Source: Patescibacteria group bacterium
Lineage (GTDB): Bacteria; Patescibacteriota; Minisyncoccia; Phycocordibacterales; UBA2100
Length of the DNA: 64,000 nt
Assembly: GCA_038064535.1 (NCBI GenBank)
Contig: JBBTSX010000005.1
Location: 13,051-77,050 of the forward strand
Direction of reading: 5' to 3'
Shown here: piece after piece, positions 1 to 10,065 of the stretch
How positions within the stretch are numbered: the first letter of the stretch is position 1
Layout of the letters: every line of letters begins with the position of its first letter
Program-made: the position numbers and the translations under genes
Notes under the pieces: generated by a model
What the model saw: the letters and a program-made list of their open reading frames with translations, nothing else
Told to the model about the DNA's origin: nothing
The model's database searches: none

Positions 1-1682
1 ACGCGCTCGGTGTCCGGCTCCTGCGCGAACTCCACGCCGAGGCCAAGCTTCCTCGCGGGTTCGTCATTTGGGACCGCGACGACAGTATCCGCTCCATCAA
101 AGCGGTGCTTGAGAAGCTCGACAGCAAGCAATGGGCGCCGCGTAGCATGCTCTCGGCTATCTCGCGACAGAAAGGCGACGGGGTGGACGTGCACATGTAT
201 GCACAGGGCGCGAAGACATACCGGGAGAAAGCCGTCGCCCGCGTGTGGGAAGAGTACGAACGCGCACTCTCGGCAGACGGCGCGCTCGACTTCGACGATT
301 TACTCCTGCGCACGCTTGCGCTCCTGCGCGGGAGCGAACGGGTACGCTCGCTTCTGCAAAACCGCTGGTCGCACATCACCATTGACGAGTATCAGGATAC
401 CAATAAATCGCAGTACGAAATCGCGCGCATCCTCGCGGGGGAGAAGAAAAACATTTGTGTCGTCGGCGACACCGATCAGAACATTTACAGCTGGAGGGGC
501 GCGGACATCGAGCACCTGCTCGGATTCGAAGCGTCGTTCCCCGGCGCGCGCGTCATCGTACTCGAACAGAACTACCGTTCGACGCGCACCATCCTCGCCG
601 CCGCGAATTCCGTCATAGAAAAAAATCTTCGCCGCCGTCCGAAGCACCTCTTCACCGACAACCCGACGGGCGAGCCAATCGCACTCTATCCGGCACAGAA
701 TGAAATCGACGAGGCGTGGTTTGTCGCGCAAATCACACAGGAGGCGATCGGGCGGGGGGTGAGCGCCGGCGAGATAGCGGTCTTGTACCGTGAAAATTTT
801 CAATCCCGCGCGCTCGAGGAGGCGATGCTGCACTTCGGCATTCCGTATCGCGTGCTCGGCACGAAATTCTTCGAGCGCAAGGAGGTCAAAGACGTGCTCA
901 GCTACCTGCGCGCCGCGATGAATCCGCAAAGCGGCAACGATATCGCGCGCACGGTTGCCGTGCCGCCGCGCGGTATCGGCAAGGTGACCGTCGACAAGAT
1001 GTTGCGCGGCGAAGACGCGGCTCTTCCGGCTGCGGCCCGCGCGAAAGTCGCGGCATTCCGCGACACGCTCGCGCGCATCAAACATGCCATCGACACACTA
1101 CCGACCTCCGAGGCCGTGCGCTATGCAGTGGAAGCGAGCGGCATGGGAAAAATGTACGAGGCAAAACGCTCGGCGAAATCTGATGACGAAGCGCAGGAGC
1201 GTCTCGAAAATATTCACGAGCTTGTGAACCTCGCGACGAAGTACGACCATGAACTGCCGCCATCGGGCATCGAACGACTACTCGAAGAAGCCGCGCTGCA
1301 GAGCGACCAGGACGAACTGCCGGAAGAAAAGAGCGCCGTCTCGCTCATGACCGTACACGCCTCAAAGGGTCTTGAATTTGATGCCGTCTTCGTTACGGGC
1401 CTTGAACAGGGGCTTTTTCCGTCGCTGCGCGACCTGCCCGCGCGCGGCGCGCAGGCGGGGGGCGATTCCGACCGCGACCCCGAAGAAGAGCGGCGGCTCT
1501 TGTATGTGGCGCTTACGCGAGCGCGCAAACAGCTGTTTCTCACTTATGCCTCCGCCCGCATGAAGTACGGCTCGCGCGAGTACACACTGCCGTCGGAATT
1601 TCTCGAAGACATCGACCAACGGCTCCTCACAACAATCAACCTGTTCGCCTCGCAGGAGAAAGAGGAGGAAATACAAATATGA
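1..1682 (+). CDS. uvrD: ATP-dependent DNA helicase UvrD/PcrA family, 5' partial (continues upstream of window)
   Basis: Frame-3 translation is open from position 3. UvrD motifs present: IDEYQDTN, VVGDTDQNIYSWRGA, QNYRST, VTGLEQGLFP. Stop at 1680-1682. Confidence 0.85.
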   Translation, partial: ALGVRLLRELHAEAKLPRGFVIWDRDDSIRSIKAVLEKLDSKQWAPRSMLSAISRQKGDGVDVHMYAQGAKTYREKAVARVWEEYERALSADGALDFDDLLLRTLALLRGSERVRSLLQNRWSHITIDEYQDTNKSQYEIARILAGEKKNICVVGDTDQNIYSWRGADIEHLLGFEASFPGARVIVLEQNYRSTRTILAAANSVIEKNLRRRPKHLFTDNPTGEPIALYPAQNEIDEAWFVAQITQEAIGRGVSAGEIAVLYRENFQSRALEEAMLHFGIPYRVLGTKFFERKEVKDVLSYLRAAMNPQSGNDIARTVAVPPRGIGKVTVDKMLRGEDAALPAAARAKVAAFRDTLARIKHAIDTLPTSEAVRYAVEASGMGKMYEAKRSAKSDDEAQERLENIHELVNLATKYDHELPPSGIERLLEEAALQSDQDELPEEKSAVSLMTVHASKGLEFDAVFVTGLEQGLFPSLRDLPARGAQAGGDSDRDPEEERRLLYVALTRARKQLFLTYASARMKYGSREYTLPSEFLEDIDQRLLTTINLFASQEKEEEIQI

Positions 1683-1698
1683 CACGGCGTGGCGCCCG

Positions 1699-1796
1699 CC
1701 CCGTTAGAAGCCTTTTACAATCAAGTTCAACGGAGCGAATCGGAATATCAGAGCATATAATAAAAAACTATGGCGCGTAGAGCTTCTAACGGGGCA
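1699..1796. repeat. palindromic intergenic element, copy 1 (arms GCCCCGTTAGAAGC / GCTTCTAACGGGGC) between uvrD and rsmA; the loop contains the rsmA start codon
   Basis: Exact 14-nt inverted arms read directly; element family present at least 8 times in the window. Confidence 0.85.
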
Positions 1797-2585
1797 AGAC
1801 TCGGACAGCACTTCTTGAAACACGGCTGGGCCGCGCGTTCGCTCGCATACGCCGCCGCCATCCGTGATGGAGAAACATTTCTTGAAATAGGTCCCGGCAA
1901 GGGAATCCTGACCAAAGAACTGCTCACTCTCGGGCCTGTCGTCGCAGTAGAGAAAGACGAAATGCTCGTCGGACAATTGAAAGAAACTTTTGCCGAGGAC
2001 ATTGCGAGCGGGCGGTTGCGACTCGTTGCCGGCGACGTGCGCGATGCGACGCCGGAGAATCTCGGGCTTACCAAGTATGTGGTGGCGGCGAATATTCCGT
2101 ACTACATCACCGGTGAAATTATCCGGCAATTTCTGACGACTACGATACAACCGCGCGCCATGGCACTGCTTGTGCAAAAAGAGGTTGCACAACGTATCAT
2201 CGGTCACCCCTCGACTGCGCTCGGGGTCACGAAAGAGAGTATTCTCTCTCTTTCCGTGAAAGCGTACGGCACACCGCGACTTGTGGAAAAAGTTTCGCGC
2301 ACGCATTTCTCACCGCCGCCCTCGGTTGATTCTGCGATACTCGCCATCACTGACATCTCGAAAAAATTCTTTGACACCATATCGGAAGAAGACTTCTTCC
2401 GTGTGGTGCGCGCGGGATTTGCTTCCAAAAGAAAGATGCTTGCGAACAATCTCTCGGTGATATTCGATAAAGCTCGCGTGAACGAGTCACTACTCGCGTG
2501 CGACATCTCTGCGAAAGCACGGGCGGAGAATGTGCCGCTTGAGAAGTGGAAATCTATAACTCAACTACTGCTCGGTCACAGATAA
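1770..2585 (+). CDS. rsmA: 16S rRNA (adenine1518/1519-N6)-dimethyltransferase RsmA/KsgA
   Basis: LGQHFL and ANIPYYIT motifs with Rossmann GPGKG. N-terminal ARRASNGAR is an unusual extension encoded by a palindromic repeat arm. Confidence 0.9.
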   Translation: MARRASNGARLGQHFLKHGWAARSLAYAAAIRDGETFLEIGPGKGILTKELLTLGPVVAVEKDEMLVGQLKETFAEDIASGRLRLVAGDVRDATPENLGLTKYVVAANIPYYITGEIIRQFLTTTIQPRAMALLVQKEVAQRIIGHPSTALGVTKESILSLSVKAYGTPRLVEKVSRTHFSPPPSVDSAILAITDISKKFFDTISEEDFFRVVRAGFASKRKMLANNLSVIFDKARVNESLLACDISAKARAENVPLEKWKSITQLLLGHR

Positions 2586-2711
2586 TTTCCTCGCCGTCGC
2601 GGGAAAAACATATGGCTCGGCTACAACTCTCGCCGCGCCGTCGCGCGGCTCGGTCGCAGCCCCACCTCGCGGCGCCGCAAGCTTGCGGCGCATCGCTCCG
2701 GTCGACAAGCC

Positions 2712-2745
2712 AAGTACAAAAAGCTGCGCAGGCAGCTTTTTGTTA
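2712..2745. terminator. bidirectional terminator-like palindrome CAAAAAGCTGCGCAGGCAGCTTTTTG
   Basis: Perfect hairpin with flanking A and T runs between rsmA (+) and the small minus-strand gene. Confidence 0.55.
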
Positions 2746-3057
2746 CTGGCTTGTCCCAAGCATCGTAATCATGATGCCGGCACGGACGTCGATGGGAAGA
2801 ATTGAGATAATGCAGTAGTAGGGCGCCCCCGCGAGGCCGAGAAGCCACTGACCCGCGTGCGTCGGCGGACCGTTTTTGTACGTCTTTGTCGACGGCGTCC
2901 ATATGTACACGCCGCCGCGCGGCGGGCCGACGTAGGCGATGATGGCGTTGTTGTAGCAGGGGGAAACTTGCGAGGCTTGGCCGCCGAACGGGAAGGCAAG
3001 CGCGAGTGCGGGGAAGAGAAGGGTCACTATCGCGACTGCTGTAGCCGGTGCACGCAT
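2743..3057 (-). CDS. small hypothetical secreted protein (signal peptide MRAPATAVAIVTLLFPALALA)
   Basis: ORF 2743..3084; start re-picked at the internal Met preceding a signal-peptide-like segment. No recognisable homology. Confidence 0.35.
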   Translation of the reverse strand: MRAPATAVAIVTLLFPALALAFPFGGQASQVSPCYNNAIIAYVGPPRGGVYIWTPSTKTYKNGPPTHAGQWLLGLAGAPYYCIISILPIDVRAGIMITMLGTSQ

Positions 3058-3123
3058 GCATGTAGTATACGGTATTTCAGACACGGCGCGTGGTCTTGCG
3101 AGGTATACTTATTCTATATATGG

Positions 3124-3246
3124 ACCCCGTTAGAAACCGCGGTCGCTCGGCGGCAATCCCGTTCCAGTCGAACAAACCTATACAAGTATGAGTGACTTTA
3201 ACGACCCGCAAGACTTTCGACCGCGACCTGTTTCTAACGGGGTGGG
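3124..3246. repeat. palindromic intergenic element, copy 2 (ACCCCGTTAGAAACC ... GTTTCTAACGGGGTG) enclosing the start of the 3188 gene
   Basis: Arm variant GAAAC; extended imperfect pairing CGCGGTCG/CGACCGCG inside. Confidence 0.8.
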
Positions 3247-4126
3247 ATGGGCACGCCTACACCCGTACCTATCCGCCCTGATTGCGGCGGGTGCGTTCCT
3301 TGTGTTCGGCATACTCGTGGTGGGGTACCGTGCATCACAACCGCAAGGTGGCAATCTGCAAGTGTGGGGAGGCGGACCGGACGCTTTCCTCAATCCGACA
3401 TCGTATGCACCCGGAGCTACGGTGGGCACACAAATAGAGACCATCGGCGGCGGGAACACGCCGGTATTCAGTGCCCTGCGTCCGCAACAGCAAACCGGCG
3501 AACAAAATGAGACAAGTGGAGGGTTTGATATTTCTCTGTTCATCGCGGGACTTTCTCAACCAAACGCGGACACCGCGGCGGCACCTGTTTCGGGCCGGCC
3601 GGATCTGAGTCTCGCGTATTCTTTCATTCCGAGCGGGCTGGTCGCGACGACGACACCCGGACCGAAGCGAAGCGCACTGCAGGAATCGCTCTATCAATAC
3701 GGCAACGATGTAGGCTCGTACATATCCACATACGAGGCCGCCGGCGCGAATACCGGACAGGTGCTCACGGACCAATTGAACGACCGGCAAAACCCGCAAA
3801 AAGCGCAGGCGGTGCGCGATATCGGCACGGCATTGCAGGCGGCCGGTAAAACCTTACAAGGAATCGAAGCCGTCCCTTCTATTGTGTCTTCGGCGCATAC
3901 CGCTCTCGCGGAGAGTTACATAGAAGCCGGTATCAAGCTCTCGCGCGTGCCCGACGCGCAGAGCGACCAAGACTTCATCACCGCTATACAGGACTACAAC
4001 ACCGCCGCCGAACGGCTCGGGCGCAACTACGTCGCGCTCGCGAACGTTTTCTCGGGTGCAGGTGTGAGATTTGCACCGCAGGACCCGGGGTCGGTGTTCA
4101 ATTTCTCCGGCAATGCCGGACTGTAG
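3188..4126 (+). CDS. hypothetical membrane-anchored protein, first gene of the plus-strand secreted-protein/T4SS-like cluster
   Basis: 312-aa ORF with an N-terminal TM helix (LSALIAAGAFLVFGILVVG). Its start is overlapped by a repeat arm; alternative GTG start near 3238. Confidence 0.55.
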   Translation: MSDFNDPQDFRPRPVSNGVGWARLHPYLSALIAAGAFLVFGILVVGYRASQPQGGNLQVWGGGPDAFLNPTSYAPGATVGTQIETIGGGNTPVFSALRPQQQTGEQNETSGGFDISLFIAGLSQPNADTAAAPVSGRPDLSLAYSFIPSGLVATTTPGPKRSALQESLYQYGNDVGSYISTYEAAGANTGQVLTDQLNDRQNPQKAQAVRDIGTALQAAGKTLQGIEAVPSIVSSAHTALAESYIEAGIKLSRVPDAQSDQDFITAIQDYNTAAERLGRNYVALANVFSGAGVRFAPQDPGSVFNFSGNAGL

Positions 4127-4264
4127 TCGAGAATCCGCGCAACAGGGGAGCGGGGCTCGCCCTGTGAGATAGATACTCGGGGCGCGCAAGCAAAACGATT
4201 CACTCTCCCATTCCGACTGGGCAAACACACGGAAACGCGTTATCTCACGGGGTATACTTGTACT

Positions 4265-5086
4265 GTGCGCGTACTGCAACAAATATTCCGGTCCCCGCTG
4301 GGTGTAACTGCCGCACTTTCCGTGGTGCTCTTGCTCGGCGTCTCGGTCTCCCAGATTTCCTCACTCATGCATCAGAACCGACAGGTGCTCGCATTTGTCG
4401 CCATACCGGCGGCACAGACAGCCGCGGCCGATGGTGCCGACTGGCAACAGGAAATGACATTACTCGGACTGAATACGGAAAACAATCCAGCAGCGACTTC
4501 GACGACCGACAGTATCGCAATGATCGGCCATATTGTAATCGCCGAGATGGTGGGGCAATACGCCGGCCTGCAGGATAGGGGAACGTACACCACGGAGACC
4601 GGACAAAACGCGTCCGCTGACATCGCCGCGAATCTCCGCGCGAACATTTTGTACAAAACATACTCGACGACCGACTTCAAAACAGACACGGACGTTTCCT
4701 ACGACCGCATGCTTACGTACCGGAGTGATTTGCGCGCGGCGCTCGCGCCGCTGTTACAAAACACCGGCGCGGAATTGGAACTGTACGGCAAATATATCGA
4801 AACCGCGGACACGAAGTATCTCGGCCAACTCTCCTCTGCGGCGGCAAATTACCGCGCGGCCGCGGAAGGCGCGGCCGCGCTCACCATCCCGCGCGACGCG
4901 GTAAATTATCACAAAGATATTCTGAACGCGATGGAGAAATTCTCCGCGACGCTTGACCAGATGGCGACGCATGCCGCGGACCCGCTCGCCTCCGCCGCGC
5001 TCTTGCGTACGTTCAACCAAGCCGAAACGGACATGTACACTTCGTTCAACGCGCTTTCCAATTATTACGGCCAGAAGACACCATGA
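4265..5086 (+). CDS. hypothetical secreted/membrane-anchored protein
   Basis: 273-aa ORF with an N-terminal hydrophobic segment. Stop TGA overlaps the ATG of the next palindromic element (ATGA). Confidence 0.5.
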   Translation: MRVLQQIFRSPLGVTAALSVVLLLGVSVSQISSLMHQNRQVLAFVAIPAAQTAAADGADWQQEMTLLGLNTENNPAATSTTDSIAMIGHIVIAEMVGQYAGLQDRGTYTTETGQNASADIAANLRANILYKTYSTTDFKTDTDVSYDRMLTYRSDLRAALAPLLQNTGAELELYGKYIETADTKYLGQLSSAAANYRAAAEGAAALTIPRDAVNYHKDILNAMEKFSATLDQMATHAADPLASAALLRTFNQAETDMYTSFNALSNYYGQKTP

Positions 5087-5220
5087 GCCCCGTTAGAAGT
5101 CAGAACCAGATACGCAATACCCCCGTACGACCCACGGGAGATACTGTAATGCAACATGGAGAGCAGCGGACAAAAAATAATTTACGGAATTATTTTTTGC
5201 CAATGACTTCTAACGGGGTG
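5087..5220. repeat. palindromic intergenic element, copy 3 (GCCCCGTTAGAAGT ... ACTTCTAACGGGGTG) between the 4265 and 5203 genes
   Basis: Arms exact over 13 nt; inner nested palindrome AAAAAATAATT-TACGG-AATTATTTTTT. Confidence 0.8.
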
Positions 5221-6849
5221 AGAATTCAAAGCGGCATACTCATAGCACTGTTTGTCCTTGCGCCCACGCTTGTTTTCGCGCAGTCCGACGGATCTTCGCC
5301 GTCGTTCTCGAGAGAGGGGGTGTTCGGCTGCAGCCAGACCGGTTCATATTCCATGTCGGTCGGCGCGCTCTCGGCGGTGGGCGGAGCTTTCGTGCCGGTC
5401 AACGACGCGGCGGTCACCTTGAATACCGGTTATCTCGTCTACAAGGAGTGCGTCCTGCGCGGCATTGTGGACAGAATGCGCGAAAATGCGACCGCAAATC
5501 TCCAACGACAAATCCTCGTCGCCTACCAACGCGGACGCAACGGCCAGCCGCTCTTTTCGCAGAGTATTCCGCTCGAATCCAGGGCCGTCGCTGACAAAGC
5601 GGTTCTCGACTACACGCAGAGCGGCCAATTCAACACTCTCAACCCGGCGCTCAGGCAAGCCGTTTCGCGTGCGGTGGTGCAAAACTACATGGCCGCGCGC
5701 AACAAGCCCAGCGCGGCGTACGGTTGCTCATACTCCGGCAATCTCAATTCCGTCTACAAAGGCAACCCCGATGGCGGAGCGTGGGCCGGACTCTCCGCAC
5801 TGCAAAATCCGGCGTGCGACCCGATATTTGCCTACGGCATCGCCAACGAGCAGGTCCTCGGCTCCGCCGCCTACGCGGTCAACAACATGCTCACGCGACT
5901 CGAGTGGGACAACGGCAACTATCCCATCATGGGCGTCGACGCGGACGGTAACCCCATCGTGCTCACTCCCGGCTACATCGTGGGGGAAAACGCTCTGCAG
6001 GCACTGCAGACCGGTTTCGACCAGCTCTCGCGGGCGAACGACATCGACCAAATGGTGGGCGCGCTGTTTGCCGGCATTACCTCACAGGTCATCGGCGACA
6101 ACAAAGGTCTCGTCGGTCTCACCAAGTCGACCGGCGGCATACCGAGCTACCTTGATCAGGTGGTGTCGCAGTCCGCGCAGGGACTCCGCAACAGCGCCAT
6201 CAACGCCGGCATCGGAATACTCGTGGCACAACAAAAAATCGAAAGCCAGATACTCGGCTTTGCAAAAATGATTCTCGACAAAATCAAAGCCATTTCGCAA
6301 GCGCTCCAAGTCAAAGAGAACGCCTGCTGGAAACTCGTCGTAAGTAGCGTCTGCTCGTCCTCGCTCGCCTCCGACAACACGTGTACGGATGACGGTGGTA
6401 GTAGGTACAAAGTGGCGACATCGACCTTCCAATTCACGCAAAAAGCGCTGGACGCGTCGCAAGTCGCCGCCTACCAGCGGGTGCACCAGCAGGTCGCGAG
6501 CTCGTCGCAAATCATTCTCACACAAATAAGCGTCCTCATCGCACAGCTCACTGACACATCGTCGTATACCGCCCAGCTCGCCGCGCTTCAGGCGCTCGAC
6601 AGGCTCGCCAACGATGGTATTGTATTCCACACGCCGCAGGACGTGACGAACGAGCAGAGCGCGGCCGGTACGCTCGTCGGTCAAAACGGCGGCTCGGGCA
6701 CGCTCGACCAGCTTGTCACCGACACCGTGGCGGCGTGGGCGGATTCGACCAACACCAAGACCGGATGGTGCAACGTCACCAGACAGCCAGTCGTGGATGC
6801 TTGGAAAGACTGTTGGAGAGAGGGGAGCACCTCATGCCTATGGCCGTAA
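5203..6849 (+). CDS. hypothetical large secreted protein (signal peptide MTSNGVRIQSGILIALFVLAPTLVFA)
   Basis: ORF track gives 5083..6849. The start is re-picked at 5203 because the first 40 codons lie inside a palindromic element and a signal peptide begins at 5203. Confidence 0.55.
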   Translation: MTSNGVRIQSGILIALFVLAPTLVFAQSDGSSPSFSREGVFGCSQTGSYSMSVGALSAVGGAFVPVNDAAVTLNTGYLVYKECVLRGIVDRMRENATANLQRQILVAYQRGRNGQPLFSQSIPLESRAVADKAVLDYTQSGQFNTLNPALRQAVSRAVVQNYMAARNKPSAAYGCSYSGNLNSVYKGNPDGGAWAGLSALQNPACDPIFAYGIANEQVLGSAAYAVNNMLTRLEWDNGNYPIMGVDADGNPIVLTPGYIVGENALQALQTGFDQLSRANDIDQMVGALFAGITSQVIGDNKGLVGLTKSTGGIPSYLDQVVSQSAQGLRNSAINAGIGILVAQQKIESQILGFAKMILDKIKAISQALQVKENACWKLVVSSVCSSSLASDNTCTDDGGSRYKVATSTFQFTQKALDASQVAAYQRVHQQVASSSQIILTQISVLIAQLTDTSSYTAQLAALQALDRLANDGIVFHTPQDVTNEQSAAGTLVGQNGGSGTLDQLVTDTVAAWADSTNTKTGWCNVTRQPVVDAWKDCWREGSTSCLWP

Positions 6850-9392
6850 GTATGACTTCAGCTCATCAAAAGACGGGGGTTATTGTGGCCAGCTGCATCA
6901 TCACACTGCTGACTATCATCCTCTGGTTGCCCGGAACAGCAAGCGCCGCAGCTAGTGCATGTCCACTCAACGGCAGATTGAACACGGACACCGGTGCATG
7001 CACCGCGCCCAGCGGGATTGTATATGTGTACGCGGGAGACAGTGCGCCAACGGGCTTTGGCTGTGCTCAAGGATTTTCTCTCTGGCAAATACAAAGCGGG
7101 GGTACGGTTGGTGGCGGGAGCATGTTAGACCCCGCAACCGGAAATAGTTATCAATGCTTTAACACCGATGACGGTTCTGCTTCAACGGAACCGCCGACAG
7201 GGAAAGGAAAAGTTGTAACACCCGGTACAACTTCATGTGAAGGAGCGACGAACCAAATAATTAACCTGCCCGTGTGTATATTCCGCGCCGCGATGGCGGG
7301 CCTCGGGTCTGTCCTGATCACGCTCTCGGCATGGCTTCTCCAGGTGGCAGGCATTGTGTTCAATTGGCTTTTGTATTACACGGTCGTCGCGTTTGGTGCC
7401 GAGAATGGATTTTTAACTCCCAAGGTCCTTGACGCCATCAACGCCACATGGACAGTCTTTCGTGATATCGCCAACATCCTCATCATCGGTTTGTTCACCT
7501 TTATCGCTATTTCCACCATTCTAGGTAATCACGAATTCGGGGCAAAAAAAATGCTTGCCAAAGCGCTCATCATTGCGGTTCTCATCAACTTTAGTCTGTT
7601 ATTCACAAAGATGATTATCGACGGCTCCAACTTCTTCGCCTATCAGTTCTACAACGCAGCTGGGGGCCTAAAGGGAAATAGCGCCTCCCCCGTCGGGGAG
7701 CTCAGCAGTACACAATCTGTTGTTACCGACAAGGCCATCGAATTCAAACAAGACGGTATCGCCGGTAAATTTATTAATTACCTCGGCGTTACGAGTATAG
7801 GTAACACGTTCAACACGCTCAAGACAGGGGCGGATAATGTGAACAACGGATGGGTAGCCATCCTTCACGGTGTCTTTTCGGCAACATTGTTACTCGGTGT
7901 CGCACTTGTCTTGCTCTATGGCAGTTTCTTGCTGGTGAGTCGGGCAATACTTATTGTTTTCTTGCTTATTACATCATCGCTTGCGTTCGCGTCTTATCTC
8001 CTGCCCGTTTCAATGCAGGGATCATATGGGTGGGGCACGTGGTGGAATAGCCTTCTCAAGTCCGCACTCTTCGCTCCGCTTCTCATGATGTTCCTTTGGG
8101 TAACCATGAGCCTCGCGGACAAGCTACGCCCAGCCGAAGGGTCTCTTGGCGCGCTAATCAACGACCCGACGAATGCGGGGAATATGAGTGCGCTTTTCGG
8201 ATACATCATCATTCTCGGACTCCTTTTTGCCTCATTCAAACTATCGAGTAGTTTCGCTACCTCTATCACGGGCTTCAACTTTGCCGCGATGATCCCCGCA
8301 CTCGGTCTCGGGGCAATCGCCGGTATCGGCGGATTCCTCGGACGACAGACGGTCGGCCGCGCCGGGCTTGGCATTAGCCAGGGCCTGCAAAACCGCTCAA
8401 AAACTACCGACAATGCTTTTGCAAAACGCATGTATGACTTTGGCGCACAGCGATTTAAGGGCGTTGCGGGTCGTGATTTCAATTTGATGCGCACCGGTTT
8501 CGGCGCGGCCGTTGCCGGCACCGCGGGCAAGAAAGTTGATGACTTGGTAGGAAAGGAGCTGAAGGGCTTCGAAGGAACACAAAAAGCGTTCTTGAAGCGC
8601 ACCGGTGAAGCGGCACAGCGCATGGCATTGAGCGCCGACGAGAAAAAGGAAATAAAGGAAAAGGGTATCGACCAGGCGCTCAAAGAAAACGCCGGTCTCG
8701 CACAGCATTATGCTGAATCAGAAAAAGCACAAAAAGAAAACGAGGAGTTGGTCAAGGTCTTGGGTCGCGACAAGGACGCGACGGCGCAAAGCTTCGGCGA
8801 AGCTATAAAAGACCTGGAGACAAAGCTGATCACTCACGAGCGAACGAGAGACGCCCTCACTGCGGGCACAAGCGACCACGGCGAGGCGACAAGGCGGGTC
8901 GCTGAGACGGAGCGGGAGCTCGCCGAAACTCGCCGACGTGCGAACGAACAGATGCGTGAGCAAGGACAGCGAATTAAAGAGGCGAGCGCCGCGACGCAAC
9001 GCGCAGGACGAATGTTCAAAGATGCCGCTGCCGACGCCGAGACTGCCGCGCGAGCAACAGGCAAAATTCCGGCCGCAGCATATAAGGATGTGGGAGATAT
9101 CGCAAAAGAAAATATCCAATCGAGTCTTACGGCAATGCTGCTTCATTCTACCGGCCTGACGTCGGCGAGCCGTGCCAAGCTTGCCACGAAAGGCGGGAAA
9201 GAGGCCGGGAAGATGGCCGAACAGCACCGCTTCAAGGAGAAATATGGAGATGCCTTTAAAGAAATGACGAAAGACGACCATGCGGCTGAACACAAAGAAG
9301 AGAAGCCGAGCGGAGCGCCAGCAGCACACACACCTGCACCCGAAGAGCACACCGCACCGCCGAGCCCGGGAGGCGGACACGGGCGCGTCTAA
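6834..9392 (+). CDS. polytopic membrane protein, VirB6/TrbL-like T4SS channel component with a long charged C-terminal extension
   Basis: Signal peptide, a Cys-containing extracellular N-domain, at least 6 TM helices, then a Lys/Glu-rich coiled-coil tail. Directly upstream of PrgI-like and VirB4 genes. Start re-picked after the upstream stop at 6849. Confidence 0.55.
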   Translation: MPMAVSMTSAHQKTGVIVASCIITLLTIILWLPGTASAAASACPLNGRLNTDTGACTAPSGIVYVYAGDSAPTGFGCAQGFSLWQIQSGGTVGGGSMLDPATGNSYQCFNTDDGSASTEPPTGKGKVVTPGTTSCEGATNQIINLPVCIFRAAMAGLGSVLITLSAWLLQVAGIVFNWLLYYTVVAFGAENGFLTPKVLDAINATWTVFRDIANILIIGLFTFIAISTILGNHEFGAKKMLAKALIIAVLINFSLLFTKMIIDGSNFFAYQFYNAAGGLKGNSASPVGELSSTQSVVTDKAIEFKQDGIAGKFINYLGVTSIGNTFNTLKTGADNVNNGWVAILHGVFSATLLLGVALVLLYGSFLLVSRAILIVFLLITSSLAFASYLLPVSMQGSYGWGTWWNSLLKSALFAPLLMMFLWVTMSLADKLRPAEGSLGALINDPTNAGNMSALFGYIIILGLLFASFKLSSSFATSITGFNFAAMIPALGLGAIAGIGGFLGRQTVGRAGLGISQGLQNRSKTTDNAFAKRMYDFGAQRFKGVAGRDFNLMRTGFGAAVAGTAGKKVDDLVGKELKGFEGTQKAFLKRTGEAAQRMALSADEKKEIKEKGIDQALKENAGLAQHYAESEKAQKENEELVKVLGRDKDATAQSFGEAIKDLETKLITHERTRDALTAGTSDHGEATRRVAETERELAETRRRANEQMREQGQRIKEASAATQRAGRMFKDAAADAETAARATGKIPAAAYKDVGDIAKENIQSSLTAMLLHSTGLTSASRAKLATKGGKEAGKMAEQHRFKEKYGDAFKEMTKDDHAAEHKEEKPSGAPAAHTPAPEEHTAPPSPGGGHGRV

Positions 9393-9397
9393 CACAT

Positions 9398-10024
9398 ATG
9401 AACGACGACAAGGAATACGACGATTTGATAAAAGAGCAGTTCAAAAAACTGCCGCGCGTCGTGCAGGAAGCAATCGTGTCGGCCGACGTCGAGAAGCACC
9501 TGCGTGAGCTTGCGGAGACACATAAACTGCATCTCGACCAATGGACCGCTCTCGAAAACGAAGTGCAGATGACGCTTCTCGGCATCGACGATTCCGGCGA
9601 GCTCATGCAAAACATCAGAGACAAGGTGCACGTACCCGAAGAAACTGCAAAAGCACTCGTACAAAGTATCTCGGAGGTCGTATTCGAGCCAATCAGACAG
9701 GAGCTTGAGCGACAGCTGGAACATCCCGGTGCTGTCGCGAAGGCGACGAGCGGGGTGGAGGACATGCGCACACGCATCCTTGCCGACGCATCGGAAAATC
9801 AGCCGGTAGTCGTAAGCCTGCAGCCGGTAGAAAAAAAGAGTCCGGTTCCTGCTACTGGCTACGAGCTACAAGCCACGGGCTCCGTGGTAGCCGCCACACC
9901 ACCCGCACCCGCACCAACCGTGAAGGTGGAACGCGCTCCCGCCGCACCCCCCTCGTATGTTTCAGCGCCCAGTCACGAGCGAAAAACAGTAGAAGGGGAC
10001 CCGTATAGAGAACAAATCGAATAA
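9398..10024 (+). CDS. hypothetical acidic protein, T4SS-cluster associated
   Basis: 208-aa ORF in the same strand and cluster; Pro/Ala-rich C-terminus. Confidence 0.5.
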   Translation: MNDDKEYDDLIKEQFKKLPRVVQEAIVSADVEKHLRELAETHKLHLDQWTALENEVQMTLLGIDDSGELMQNIRDKVHVPEETAKALVQSISEVVFEPIRQELERQLEHPGAVAKATSGVEDMRTRILADASENQPVVVSLQPVEKKSPVPATGYELQATGSVVAATPPAPAPTVKVERAPAAPPSYVSAPSHERKTVEGDPYREQIE

Positions 10025-10065
10025 CAGCAGGGCCGCGTGCATGCGCTTGGTATACTTATAGAGCC

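Noticed and set aside
300-1085. 261-aa minus-strand ORF inside uvrD, and many similar long antisense ORFs (e.g. 10183-11058, 11512-12267, 21481-22275, 22969-24312, 50842-51384)
   Set aside because: GC-rich DNA gives long open antisense frames. Each lies wholly inside a gene with strong homology on the other strand and has no motifs of its own.
5083-5202. Annotating the ORF-track start 5083 (MSPVRSQNQ...) as the true N-terminus of the large secreted protein
   Set aside because: The first 40 codons are the palindromic element and a canonical signal peptide starts at 5203. The upstream part is kept only as a possible coupled leader or uORF in the findings.
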